This document shows positions 25,289 to 38,840 of a stretch of DNA of 64,000 nucleotides, one piece after another. The notes beneath the pieces are model-generated. The model worked only from the letters and a program-made list of their open reading frames with translations, did not search any database and was not told the origin of the DNA. The DNA is from Ophelia neglecta (lineage: Eukaryota): contig OZ260661.1 in the NCBI GenBank assembly GCA_965285935.1, positions 144,522,001-144,586,000 on the forward strand, read 5' to 3'. A program made the translations under genes and the position numbers. Each line of letters starts with the position of its first letter. The stretch's first letter is position 1.

Positions 25289-25771
25289 GGCAATGACTAC
25301 TCGTCCTGTCTATAGGAAGGATTAAATGTGCGATGATGTGTGAAATATAAAACGACACACCAGACGTATTGCTCGAAGAACTTTGGAATTGATCCATATC
25401 CTATCTGGGTGCGCTGGTGGAAATAAAATTATAACTTAATTCAAATTCTCATTAATTGGAGCAATGGCACGAAGATTAGCAACATAACACAAATATTTAA
25501 GTGTTGTTTCGAAGTAGGAACATTGAAAATCGGGAAAATCCACAGCTCTAAGGTGTAAAAAAACCTAGTACTAAATAAAAGGTCTGATAGTTTAATAAAC
25601 ATTGGCAATACCATACTACAAGAATAAATATGTTTGAACAATGTGATTAAGTTCAGCTGCTAAGCAGGAATAGAGGTTATACACTTGATGCAAGACATCC
25701 CTCAATTATATTTGTTTTATGTCATGGCATCTAATAGTAGCCACATGTAAAGATTGCATTCTTCTATAAAT

Positions 25772-25803
<32 letters not shown>

Positions 25804-27639
25804 TTTCGGATATCTCAATTAAGGTATTTAACATTATGTGTCCCAGTTAATATCATGAAATGAATAAATGTCCAACTCTTTTTGTGTAAGCCATGGGATG
25901 TCCATGTTGATGTTGTTTGGAACATGATTCCCTTGTTGCCAGGGCTGTACGATTTGTACTGCTGTTGCAAGCAAATGTTTTAGTGTTTAGTCAATCACTG
26001 ACTAGAATCCTAAGTGGGAATAAGGAGGTCAGAGTCTGTTGGAAAGATCTATTCTCAGATGAGTCTGCAGGAACTATCTCTCCCCCCCCCCCCCGCCCCA
26101 CACCACATGCTTTACCCATAATGACAACCGGACACTGCTTTGAGGCATTACAAAAAGCTACATAAGATTCCCCTTGTTCACAATGAAAGTTTTGCCACGC
26201 CTTACCATACGTTCCTAGTTACACAACGGTATCTCATTAACTCCGAGATCGGAAGTGCGTCATTGAATTATTGATGGGTGTTTATTCGACGGCCGCCGGT
26301 CCAATTAATGTCTAATGTTAATAAAACCTAATACGCGGAAATAGAAAGTGATATGGGCTAGTATGTTGCTTCAAAAAGTTAGCCATTAAATGAACAAAAC
26401 AGAACAAAATGGTTGATCTCACAGGCATTTTAGATTTCCATTGTTAAAATACAAGCCTAGTAGCGCTTTGCTAATAAACGTATGCCGTATATAGCACTAC
26501 TGCGATGATATAGTGTTTTGATTTGGTTTGGGCATATACTATTGAATGCAATGCCCGTACATCCCACTCCGGCACAATAGATAGATCTATCCTAGTATTG
26601 ATTGTCGCCGGTTATCACCATTAGATAGCGAACACACATTTAGCCTATGTTACTCTATTGACAACAGTCGAGTATCGCCACAAGTGCTTTGGAGACCTAG
26701 TTGATGGGCTAAAGCGACATCCGATATTGACACATGTGGGTATCAATATTTCAGTATTTGCCACACCTTTTCATAACTGTCTCACATAAATCGATAAATA
26801 TCCATAATGAAACACTGTTACACATTGTGAAAAAGGGCTCCATGTATAGCTTCCAGGAAAATGATATATCAACGATACACCTTGTTCCTGTTCCCATGCA
26901 ACTCTGATATAGAATAATATAAATGTATCATTTTGATTTGCGACTTCTGTTAGTTGTGATTACTAGGTTGGTCATCGGTACTTGCTGTATTGGGGTCAAT
27001 TGAAGTTCACCTCTTGAATAAATGGCGTAAGATTGTAAATGTGAATGATTTTTTGACCCTTACATACGCTAGGTTCTTTTGGCAAATGATATTATCTCTA
27101 GCTTCGAGGGAAGGCGAGGACAATTCACAAATTGATTTTAATTTCATAACAAACATTGAATTCGGTTCTTTGTGTTCTCTTATGCGAATAATTGGCATTT
27201 GAGGTTGTCATTGATTGGAACAACGTTGGGCATTACATTCGATTCCACTGAGAAAAAGACAGATGTGCCTTAAACATCCGAAGGCCCATCAGGCCTAGAC
27301 ATCACACAGAAATCGATTTTTTATAATCGCCAGATGGCTAATAAAGGAACAGGCTGCTGCTCTGCGTTTTGCCCCCCCCCCCCCAAAGCACACAGAGTGC
27401 CCGCTTCCTCCCAGGCCCCTTGATATGCATTGCATTTCTAACATGGTATCTAGCTGGGATTAAAGCAATATTGTTACATCGGCATTGGTGCGTTTTTTTC
27501 GTAGCACAGGGTTCCAATATGTAATTTAAGAACTATATAACTGTTACACGTCGATGCTAATTACTCATGATTAAACTTGAATAAATTAGGTCAGGTTTAG
27601 TTGTTATATTCATCAAGAACCACCTCCGACAATTAGCTG

Positions 27640-28196
27640 GGCACGGTTTCTGTTAGAGGTCCTAAGTTTAAGGATTAGATTAGCCCAGATTAGCTGAGAC
27701 TGTTTCATCAGTGCTTCCATTATCCAGGAATAAATGTTAAACCAAAACAGCTAGGTATAACCCTTTGGGTGCCAAACTGAAATGCAGACCTGATGTCTGT
27801 TAAGTACCTTTATAATAAGCATATTTTCTAAAAGTTCATGTCTTTGAACGACAATGGAGAAATTAAAGACAAATATGAATAGCCCCAAAACTGTATTTTC
27901 TGAAAGGACAGAACCTCAGCAATGCTACAAGACAAACTCCAGTGTAATAGAGGCTGATATGGTGTTAGGGGGCTCTGTTTAATACAGAATACTAGGTATA
28001 ATATAGAGCTGATTATAGTGGCCCTTGGCACTTTAACTACATTGAAAGTAGGGCCGATTTTAGAGGCCCATGGTATTCTAAGTGTTAAGACCAAGTTCAG
28101 CTTTCAGAAACACAGATTAGCAGGTTAAGACCGAATAAAGATCAATCCTGATTTAACTCCGAGTTAAGAGTTAAGACTGCTTTCAGAAACTGGACC
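27640..28196 (+). mobile_element. MITE family B copy interrupted by a nested insertion
   Basis: 27640-27760 and 28085-28196 join to match 45272-45508. Confidence 0.85.
27761..28084. mobile_element. piggyBac-like non-autonomous insert (324 bp)
   Basis: Inserted at the host TTAA site (ATAA left, TTAA right), with degenerate TIR CCCTTTGGGTGCCA / TGGTATTCTAAGTG. Confidence 0.7.
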
Positions 28197-28474
28197 CAGT
28201 AGCTTGAAACCTTTATGAACTATTCTGGCCTGACACGAAGAGCTGCTATGTACTGATGGTACCCGTTAGATCTAGCGCAGCTCTCCTGTTTCGTGTCCCG
28301 GCAATGTCTGACTGCTCTGCTTGGTTCTTCACCACTATGGACCACGGGCCATATCAAGTCCCTGTTAGCTTGTACGTTGTGGGGTATTCCATCAGTTACC
28401 GAGGTATCTGTTTACTCCAGTGTGACAAGGTATTATCGACTCCAGTGTTTTGAGACGCAGCTGTCGAACTATGA

Positions 28475-28653
28475 TGGTGGCCCATCCTGTGGCCCAGGGG
28501 GCATGCCCCCCCCCCTACCATTTTTTGTTAACTCTGAACAAGCCCATCTATGTATGTAACTTCTGTGGCCACCCCCCCCCCCCCCACCCCGCTTTTCAAT
28601 TCCTCTACATGGAATACCCCCCCACCCCCTGGAAATTCCTGGATCCGCCCCTG
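28475..28653. mobile_element. hAT-like MITE, second copy
   Basis: Right end CCTGGATCCGCCCCTG and C-tracts. The left end is degenerate. Confidence 0.6.
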
Positions 28654-31600
28654 GAACACTGATTGGGTACTTGGCCATGTGTGTGACGAGAAAACTACCC
28701 ACACCGGTGACATATTTATGACCCAATTGCAGTACAAGTGTTACGTAAACCATCTAATCCTGTCACTTGTTCATGAAGAAGTAACGATTTCAAGATTGAA
28801 AAAACCCACTTGGCGTTAATCTGGTTCAATCCTTTCTTCAAAAACAAAAAAACCTCGCCGCATATGGTAATTATAGCAGAGGAAAACATCAACTGTTCAG
28901 CACCAGCCCGTTTTGTTCCAGACTACAGCAGTTTATTTTCTCAAAATTCCGGTCTAAGAAAGAAGCCTTCTTTGGCACAATTTACACGTGTTTGCCTATA
29001 TTGCACTGTTCTTGTATATCAGGCACTTTGATAAATTGATAAATTGATAGGTTACGAGATTCAACGAGTTCAGTCCAGATTTACGAAATAAAATCAATAA
29101 TCCTGTCCGATAATGTTATAAAAATGTAACGCTATCTTAATTTTAATAGATTCTCCCTGAGTAAAACAAACACATTGGTGTCCTGGGGTATATACCCAGA
29201 GATAGGATTTGTTACCACTAAATTTCATGGAATTTGTTGGTTTATTTGCCATTGCGATACCCTCGTCATTGGAGTGTGTAGCAGACGATGTAAAGGCGAA
29301 CAAATATATTTCATTGTTGATATTTTTGCATGCGTCTTATTTATATTTTATGAAACAGATGCCATTATTTAGCGCTTTGGCTGATAGCTACATTCATCAA
29401 ATAGATTTTCCTTGAACAGAAAATTCTTGAAACGTAACAAGCGATTGATGACAGCGAATGATTAGAAATGATATCGTGACAGCCATAGCATGGAGCGATC
29501 AGGATCTAGTAGTGGACAATAAATGTGTTACCTAAAAGCGTCTACGCAAAAGCCACTGGCTAATTCAGACAGCCTGTTACCAAGATCAGTTCGATTTGTT
29601 CAAAGATTACATCCAGACTAGATAATGTAAAATGAAGCATATAGATATATAGATATGTATGTAGAGCATTGATGTATAGCATAATGAACAGTTTACAACT
29701 ATTTCTAATAGGAATAATAATATTGAGATTTATATAGCGCTGCTTTACTTTCCTTCTAAATTCAGTTCAGGCTGCTTTAATTTCCTCCTAAGTGAGCTCA
29801 AGCGAACTTTATTCTATTTGCTTTATTAATATTCAATTTAATGGCAAATAAAGGACACACAGACGTGCCATATATACTACTTGTAGTATATCAGGCCTTA
29901 CGTTATAATGCATAGGAAAATAACATCTGCTACCGGACCTGCCAGATCTGCTATTCATGTAGCGACTGTTGGCCCGCCCCAAGGCATGTCCTCCACTGAT
30001 AGTAGCAGATTACAACTGGACCCAGTGCTGTTTCAAATTGGCTGGAATCATCTGACATGGAGCCAGTGTATGTCTAATGCATAGTTAACCGATTCATGGC
30101 AGGCAGGCATATCAGTGCGAACCACCATTGAACAGTAGCCGACTAATAGCTATTCCCAGCTCCCTAATAGTAAATATAATTGTAAAGGAGCTAATCATAA
30201 ATATTCTTACAAATGATGTCGCTTGCAAAGAGAGTAGTCAACAGTTTTTGGGACGCACATTAGCACTTACGTCATGTGCGACTCCGTTTATGTATGACTG
30301 TATGGACATAGTTAACAAGTTATGTTAAGTTATACAATCTTAGCGACTGGTTGGGAAATGGCGATTCGTGATAAATTCAGAGCTATCTAATTCATTGTTC
30401 TTGATGAATTCCTTTGCATTGTCTCTCGGGTATCCTCTCCAAATTTGTAAGGACAAACAATGACACAGGCTTTTTGATGCTGCACATCAGGTTGACGTCT
30501 TTCCTCTATCATGATTAATCGGTTATGTACATTAATCATGCTGTCCTTTGCCGAAAGCTGTGCTGTTATGGGTTTCGTTCCCATCTAAGTACGATATCCA
30601 GCTTAATTGAGGACCATACAGGCTCAGTGATCCCTCAAAAAGCTGGGGAAATGTCGCTTCTAATACATACAAGACACCAAGTTACTTAACAGAAGGCAAC
30701 ATCTGTCATTTCTACTAACGTGCTAAGTAGTATCTATATAGGTGGAAATTAATATAAGGACAATTCAAAACAATCTGCACACTGATTATTCGGTTATCCG
30801 CGGTACATTTGTGAGATTGTGTACTTGAAATTTGTGCTAGGAGTAAAAATAAGTTATTGTAGTCAAAGTGAAGGCCATACTAATGTGGCTCTTCTGACAC
30901 TTCAACACGACTATATCCGAGAGACTACATACCCTACTTAGACTACTTATATATAGACATGCCAAGCAGTATAGTAGAATTGTTTAGTCGCCCAAGCTGT
31001 TCCAGTAACTAAGTAGTGCGAATTCAAACTATGTTGGAGCAAGACAAACCAAAGCACACGATTATATTACCCGTCAGTGGAAAGAAACACTAGGGTACTT
31101 TGCACCTAACTTTTGTCAAAGGGGATGACATTCTTCTGTTTTTCATGAGAAAAAGCTATCTATAGTCTCAAATTTATGAGAGAGTTTCACCCATTATAGA
31201 CTCTTCTAGGTGTATTTTATCGTCGTCCGGTTTTGACAACTGGCTGAGCTGATTATTGCTATGGCTCATATCATGGAGAACCGTTAACTACTTCTCATTG
31301 CAAGGATATCAATCTTAGGATTGTATGATTAATTAACTGACATGTTTACTTCAGGCTGTTTTTAATGTGTTAGTTTACGGAAATCATTGACATTACGGAA
31401 GGAATAAAGCAATAAATAAATTGGAGTAAATTAACTCAAGGGAAAATAGGAAGAAAAAAGATAGGTTAAGAAAAATGTTAGTAAAAAGAAGTGTTCGAAG
31501 AGAAAAAAAGGACATGTTAAAGTTGCGGGAGGATGGTCAGGGGAAAATAAAATTGGCTATTTCCAATTTTGAATTCCAACTTCATATTGAATTGACCAGG

Positions 31601-32260
31601 CCGATCTTGTAACAAATGATGGCATTAGGAAGCTGGAGATAGATTTGTGAGGGGGCGGCGGATTTTTGATGAATTAGGACAGAATTGATCGACAATTCTC
31701 GATTAACGAGTTTGTTTTGTTTGCTGGGTATCCACTCCCGTTTTCTTCAGAAATCCATTGCAAGGCGTGTGAGTAGTTTTCCTAGAAGTAGTATAAAGAC
31801 ACTGTGAGGATTGACTCCCTGTTTTCTTTGTTTTATCAAGCTACTATCGGTACTCAGTAACAGTTCTCAGAGCTAGCAAAGCCATATCAAATGACACATG
31901 GCTTCTAACACGCCAATCTCCATGGAAACGCTGGAGCAGCCAGGGTCAAAGGTCAACGATCGATCTTCCATTACCTGCCGACGTCACGCCTGTCTCATTA
32001 TACTAGCAGACTGAGAGTTAGGTCACGCAGACCCGGCGGTCTGCATTGAGGCCGTACACAGCGCTCCTATGGCGAAATAACCCACGACTCGCGATATCTG
32101 TATGGAGACCCGTTTCATGGCAGTCCTTTAGTCTTGTTACGAATCAATTTTGGCTGTAAATCAATACCAATTGCCTGATGGACACAGGAACACATTCAGT
32201 AATACCATGGTGGCCGTAAAGGTGGTTTCCTGGCCGCTGATGCTTACAATTTCCTTTTGA

Positions 32261-32413
32261 ATGGCAGACACGATTGAGATATGTGGCACAAGAAATCAGT
32301 TGGGCCAACAGAGCTCGGCTTATGCGGATTTTAAGCTAGTCAGACAGGAGGTTAGAAATTCAAAAACTGCCTCGTTTAATGGAAACTGTCGACAATACCG
32401 GAGTGAAATATGC
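32261..32413 (+). CDS. Candidate alternative first exon MADTIEICGTRNQLGQQSSAYADFKLVRQEVRNSKTASFNGNCRQYRSEIC (phase 0)
   Basis: In-frame TGA directly before the ATG, 51 open codons ending exactly at GTAAGT (32414). Confidence 0.5.
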
Positions 32414-32784
32414 GTAAGTTGAGGCTTAACGCATTGACTATAAGGAGGAGTAAAATAGACGAAGTGCTAAGCTTACCATTGACAGTATAAGGACACCAGG
32501 AGTGATCAGATACAGGTGTGATAGCTAATCTTTACTGAATAGGTACTTGGTGGGTGTGGCACAGGTTTTAGGAGAAGCCTATCACGTGATCCACATAAGA
32601 ATCAGCAATAGAGTAGAAGTGCTGCTGTTTGGTGTCCCCGCGAACAGGACTAGAATAATATCAATTTCTGATTGAATACGAATCGATAGGATCATATCAC
32701 AGTATAGTAGTATCAAAAAGTGGAACATAACTACCCCGCAGTGAATTCTGTTACTTGATTATCAGACCGTGACGACACGTGACC

Positions 32785-32817
32785 ATGGAGGAGGAGGAGG
32801 ACGACGAAACATATCCG
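32785..32817 (+). CDS. Candidate alternative first exon MEEEEDDETYP (phase 0)
   Basis: Strong Kozak context gaccATGG, 11 codons, CCG|GTTAGT. Confidence 0.5.
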
Positions 32818-34939
32818 GTTAGTTAAAGAATCAATGCTGTATTAAACTTTTAACTAACTTCGGGAGTATGTATTGTAAACAAAGAAAATGGGGGCATATA
32901 TGGTGAAAAAAAAAAAAAACGGAAGTATATATTGTAAAACAAAGGAGCCATAAACGCGGAAGCGTTTAGTGTGAACAAAGAAAACGGGAGAAAAATTATA
33001 GAAAGACAGGGTGTGAATTTGATTTTGAATTTTTTTATAAACTCCTCATCGGTAGGCAGTTATTTTAACGAAAATTCCCCCTCCCAGGGAAGTTTTGAAT
33101 GTCCACAGTGAAAATATTTCTCAACTAATTCTTGAGCTCAAAATATCTTTATTAACAATAACTGAGGATATCCCCGTGTCTCAATCCATTCACCAGTCCC
33201 ACTTGCAATTCCACCTCATTCCTCAGACCAGGGGGGAACCCCACCGCACTAGCCTAACTATTGCCTGTTAATATTGAGCCCAAATTCACGCTTTCATAAC
33301 TTTGTTTCCACTGTCACACTTGTTCTTAATGTGTTTATACCAGTACCATTTATATGCTAGGCGAATGAATATTACTTTGCCCTGTCCTTGAATTTAAATG
33401 TTAATGGACTAATTTCGATTGTTGATTTGGTTTGTTCTGGCGAGTATCCAGTCCAATGTTTTCGTTAATTGTTTTTCTCAATCAACTGTTCATTTGTTGA
33501 GCAGATATTTAACACAGACGGTCAATCGCGGGTGTACGCTGTTGTCTCCGGATGCATTTCTGCAGCAATGATCGTCTCTATTGCGTTAGGAATAATAAAG
33601 AGAGCTTGATTGTTGATCGGCCATACTCAATATATAACGCTCGCCACTGCTTTTCTGACCACAGCGCATGGTGACGATACCTGAGGCTTTTTTGCACGGT
33701 ATCTTCATCTAAACTTTTTGCTGCTGAGTAATGTAAGAGTGGCTAGATGTTAAGTAAGAAAAAGTAGGAAAATTGCAGGCAGGGATTTTATGTGAACTGC
33801 AAAGTTTTGCGACGAAGGTGAAATACGCGAAATTTTTCAACGCGTGAACATTTTCGGATTTACCTCATTTGGTGGACAGACCAAAATCGATTTTCGACGA
33901 AATAAAAAGGGGCAGAAAATTCAATTAAAAGGAAGAGTCTTTTAACCAAGACAAACGGGAGTGGACACCAAGCGGAAAAAGAAAATAATTAAAGAGCAAT
34001 AGCCCATTAAACATAAAAGTGCCTTGACAACAACAACAGCTGTGCAAAATTTGTATGGACCGAATAGTTTAATGAAAAATAAGGTGAAAGGCTCTCCTTG
34101 TTTGTGGGTCTGTTGCTGCTAGTTCCTGCTGAGTTTGGGAAGATTGAATAATGATTTTGCGTTGGCTGTAGGGTATCCAATCCCGTTTATAAGGAGACAC
34201 TAAAATATAAAAAAGTTACATTCCAAATTGCTCCTTTGCTGATGTAAGAATAATGTCATAATATGCGTTGAGTATATGGGAACAACAAAAAAATATGACG
34301 ACATTACTTTGAAAGAGGTAAAGCTCTGCAAGGATGTAACCTAATTAGCAGTCTGGTCCATTGAAATTAATGGGAAACACCGATAATTTAGGTTGAACAA
34401 ACAACTTACACAGACACTTATGCCCAGGTTTTTTTTAACAATTGAAAACACTTCGTACTTATTTTCATATTTTTAGTCAAAAAGACTTGATAGCAAATTA
34501 TCCTACCTCCTTCATGTCTCGGTTTTCAATGCACTAGCTGAAAGCCGAGTTGTCGACTTGTTCCCCTCAATCAGTACAGCCTATTGCTGATCTGCTTGCC
34601 AGCGAGAAAGTCTCTCTTGTCGAAACCAATCGTCAGAAATAAACCTTGATCTTTATTGTACCAGTATTCGGTGCCGTTAAATAAATGGATGTACATATTA
34701 CAGTAAAGGATTATCGCATTGTCGGTACGGGTTAGATGTCAGGATACCAGTATAGAACTACATTATAGAGGTCTGACAACCTTTCTTTGTATTGTTAACA
34801 AGGGCAGGCGGCAAAACGAAGGATGGTACAATCAGGCAACATTATAATAACCAGCCACCATCACTGTGGTAAGTAAATGGCATAACCCCTAGCAAACATC
34901 ACGATACACAGCGATACTCAACCAACAGTATATAAGTCA

Positions 34940-35656
34940 GTCAACATCACAATACCCGGCCAATATGTAAAAATTCACCAACATTACAATACCCGGCCAA
35001 TATGTCAAAACTCACCAACATTACAATACCCGGCCAATATGTCAAAACTCACCAACATTACAATACCCGGCCAATATGTCAAAACTCACCAACATTACAA
35101 TACCCGGCCAATATGTCAAAACTCAGCCAACATCACAATACCCAGCCAATATGTCAAAACTCACCAACATTACAATACCCGGCCAATATGTCCAAACTCA
35201 CCAACATTACAATACCCGGCCAATATGTCAAAACTCACCAACATTACAATACACGGCCAATATGTCAAAACTCACCAACATTACAATACCCGGCCAATAT
35301 GTCAAAACTCACCAACATTACAATGCCCGGCCAATATGTCAAAACTCACCAACATTACAATACCCAGCCAATATGTCAAAACTCACCAACATTACAATAC
35401 CCGGCCAGTATGTCAAAACTCACCAACATTACAGTACCCGGCCAATATGTCAAAACTCACCAACATTACAGTACCCGGCCAATATGTCAAAACTCACCAA
35501 CATTACAATACCCGGCCAATATGTCAAAACTCACCAACATTACAATACCCGGCCAATATGTCAAAACTCACCAACATTACAATGCCCGGCCAATATGTCA
35601 AAAAATAGTTTTGACATATTGGCATATTGGCCGGGTATTGTAATGTTGGTGAGTTT
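34940..35656. repeat. 37-bp tandem repeat (~18 copies) ending in an inverted copy
   Basis: Unit caccaacattacaatacccggccaatatgtcaaaact, with reverse-complement copies at 35608-35656. Confidence 0.97.
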
Positions 35657-36068
35657 AACCCGGTTAACCGCAGGGCTGGACATGGGGCGTGCGTAGACCA
35701 GGGCGTAGGGACCCGTATCATGAAATCTCAGGGCATATTTCATCTCTGTCCAAAGTTAACCACTCGTTTGTTTTGTGTGCTGCATCATAGAAAACTGGTT
35801 ACTACTTCTCATTGCGAGTAGTATCAAGTTTATGTATTATTAGCATTACAATTGTATTTACTGTTTGGGAGCTAGAGATTCATTTGTTGATATGTGTGGG
35901 GCTGTGGCTGCTGCTTCCATGTACCTTAGGACTGATTTCATGGACTAGTCTCGATCAATGATTTGGCTTTGTCTCCCAGGTGTCTAGTCCCGTTTTGTTG
36001 TGGTTTGGTATCTTAATTCGGCGTAGGTACAGTATGTCTTTTTCGGGCGTTTGGGCTTTGGTCGGTCC

Positions 36069-36547
36069 ATAAGTAGAGATGTGTTTTGTTCTGGCGTACT
36101 GCCTAAGGTGGATAAGTAGAGATGTGTTTTGTTCTGGCGTACTGCCTAAGGTCGATAAGTAGAGATGTGTTTTGTTCTGTCGTACTGCCTTAGGTCGATA
36201 AGTAAGGAAGTGTTTTTTTCTGGAGTACTGCCTAAGGTCGATAAGTAGAGATGTGTTTAATTCTGGCGTACTGCCTAAGGTCGATAAGTAGAGATGTGTT
36301 TTTTTCTGGAGTACTGCCTAAGGTCGATAAGTAGAGATGTGTTTTGTTCTGTCGTACTGCCTTAGGTCGATAAGTAAGGAAGTGTTTTTTTCTGGAGTAC
36401 TGCCTAAGGTCGATAAGTAGAGATGTGTTTTGTTCTGGCGTACTGCCTAAGGTCGATAAGTAGAGATGTGTTTTGTTCTGGAGTACTGCCTAAGGTGGAT
36501 AAGAAGAGATGAGTTTTGTTCTGTCGTACTGCCTTAGGTCGATAAGT
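36069..36547. repeat. 43-bp tandem repeat (~11 copies) with degenerate continuation to ~36900
   Basis: Unit gataagtagagatgtgttttgttctggcgtactgcctaaggtc. A variant pair recurs 172 bp apart. Confidence 0.95.
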
Positions 36548-38458
36548 TCATTTTGTACTTGTACTGTTTTGTTCAGGGTTAGGAGCTGAGGTCAGTAGTT
36601 ACGGATGTGTCTCGTTCTGAAATAGGATCTTACAGATGGGTCTGTTTCGGGCGTAGCCATTAGTTCGGGAATTTCGGACCTGTTTTTGTTCTTGCGTTCT
36701 GTTCGATAGATGTCAGAGATGTGCCTTCTTTTTGCTTACAACCGTCTGTAGGTTGTCTTGCTTGTCTTGCCTGTTGTGGAACCTTAGGTCGGTAGTTTGT
36801 GATTGTCTTTTCTGGTGTGGGACCTTAGGTTGATAGTAACAGGCACGCTTTTCTCTGGCATGAAACCATAGGTAGCTACAAATGTGTCTTTTTCATTCTT
36901 CCTTACACCACTACAGGAAATCTCAATCGAGGCAACAAATTTTTACTAAGGATTCTGAACGCAAAATGTAAGATGAAGCACACTCAGGACCTCGGCGTTA
37001 GGAAGAAAATGGACCTGCTAGGAATAGGTGTGTGTGTGTGTGAGTGTGAGGGTGTGTGTGCGGGGGGGGGGGAGGTGATTGTTGGTTCTCATTAAGAAAA
37101 CTATGGAAACTACTAACAGCCAAAAGGATTTGTTTTTTAAAAAAAGCTCCTTTCTACGTATTTTCCCCGGAATAAGAAATCCGTCAGATATGATCTAACT
37201 CGATGGACATAGCTGTTTGACAAGCGATATGCTTATTCAAGCCAGCTGTATTCGGACGAAAATATTTCCTATCTCGTAAAATGCTTCCATTTACGGACAC
37301 TGTGATATAAATCCGGTTCAACGTTGTGTCATCCATCACATGCTTTACAAGGATTGACTAAATTGATTTAAACACACAACACACTCTAACTAGAGGGTCT
37401 TATACAGGCACCAGTCTTATTATCTCGTCTACAAGGGCAAAATAATGTGATATGGCAGAGACACGGCTCACTCCGGTCTGCCATTTCCAGTGATATCGTC
37501 TCGTTTAGCACATATAATGGATTATAGAGTGAGTTAACACAATAATCAATCACATACATACTGAGTGTTCCTGCTGCAGCGCCTGCGACAGCGGTGGCGC
37601 TCCTTGAAATCAGGCAGCGGAAGAGTAAAATATATTCTCAAGTTTGGAGGACGAAGACGTCGGGCCAATCTGTCATTGTACACAATATCTTTTGTCTTGG
37701 GCTTCACACATACGTCAGTGGACGAAGGATATGTAGAAAGATATAACCTCGCACATATTATATGAAAGGTGCGCTATTAAATTACTGGAATATACTTGAT
37801 ATGGAGCTTTGATTAGTCAAAAAAGTGCCTCAATATAGAAGGATTAACAAAGCATCAGTTCAAAGAACAGAAAGTTCAAGACTGAGATCGAATGTTCGAG
37901 ACACATAACGGACGCTTTGGGTATTCAAATCAACCAAGGGAGACAATCGTCGACCAGTAATATGCCAGTGTCGAGATATATTACCAGGTGGCAAACATTT
38001 CAAAAAGCTTGTCACGTGATACATATCGCCTGAAAGTTTGATAGTGAATGCTTAATACTGTAAGGGCCTAATTAAGTGCACAGTGTCTTAAATTCGGACA
38101 CAAACAGAAAGGGTCGTTGTCGTTTGTGATTTCCTACCATGTTGACAGTGACACAGCATCATCCTTCCGTGGGAGCATCCACTTCGGCGAATATCATAAA
38201 CATTCCCGTATTAAACACCAGGAAAAGTAAAATAATACGAGATCCTACCAAACTACCAAGTATACAGGAATTAGAGGTAAGGTTGTAACTCTACTCATGT
38301 TGGAGATCAACATGAATTATCATGTCATGACCTATGTCGGCGTGAATGGTAGATATGATGTATTGGCTTGTATACTTTTCAATAACAAGTGTTCCCATCT
38401 TCAACTTTTGTAAGGAGCCCATAAAACCAGTTTTCTTGTGGTAACACCGTTTCTCTTT

Positions 38459-38488
38459 ATGGGACCGTTCAATCCCAGCTTTATGAAG
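38459..38488 (+). CDS. Candidate alternative first exon MGPFNPSFMK (phase 0)
   Basis: ATG, 10 codons, consensus donor AAG|GTAAGT. Short. Confidence 0.4.
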
Positions 38489-38644
38489 GTAAGTTGCATT
38501 CGTGCCACGTATTGAGCGGGTTCCATATATTTTGCACCATGGTTTGAGATGGCACTCTTGAAGGACATATTATATACTAGCAGAAACGTTAATTGGCCAC
38601 ATTTGTTATCTCAGAAAGATGGTTAAATGGTTATAAACACTGGG

Positions 38645-38840
38645 CAATATTAATAATATTAATAATATTGATAATATTAATTATATTAATAAAATTATTA
38701 ATATTAATTATATTAATAATATTAATATTAAAATAATATAATAGAATATTAAAATAAATATAATAAAATATGGTAGTAAAATAATATATGAATATGATAA
38801 TAATTATGATAATAATAATAATAATATTAAAAAAAATAAA
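38645..38840. repeat. AT-rich low-complexity tract (ATATTAATA)n
   Basis: Directly visible. Confidence 0.9.

Noticed and set aside
31751-31768. 18-nt microexon (ttcttcag...gtgagt)
   Set aside because: The acceptor region is the end of the ancient dispersed repeat, and there is no independent evidence.
34803-34868. Possible exon ending at GTAAGT (34869)
   Set aside because: The phase-0 frame has a stop and the other frames have no recognisable similarity.
35002-35696. Three overlapping ~200-aa ORFs
   Set aside because: All three frames are open because the 37-bp repeat has no stop codons. There is no coding signature.
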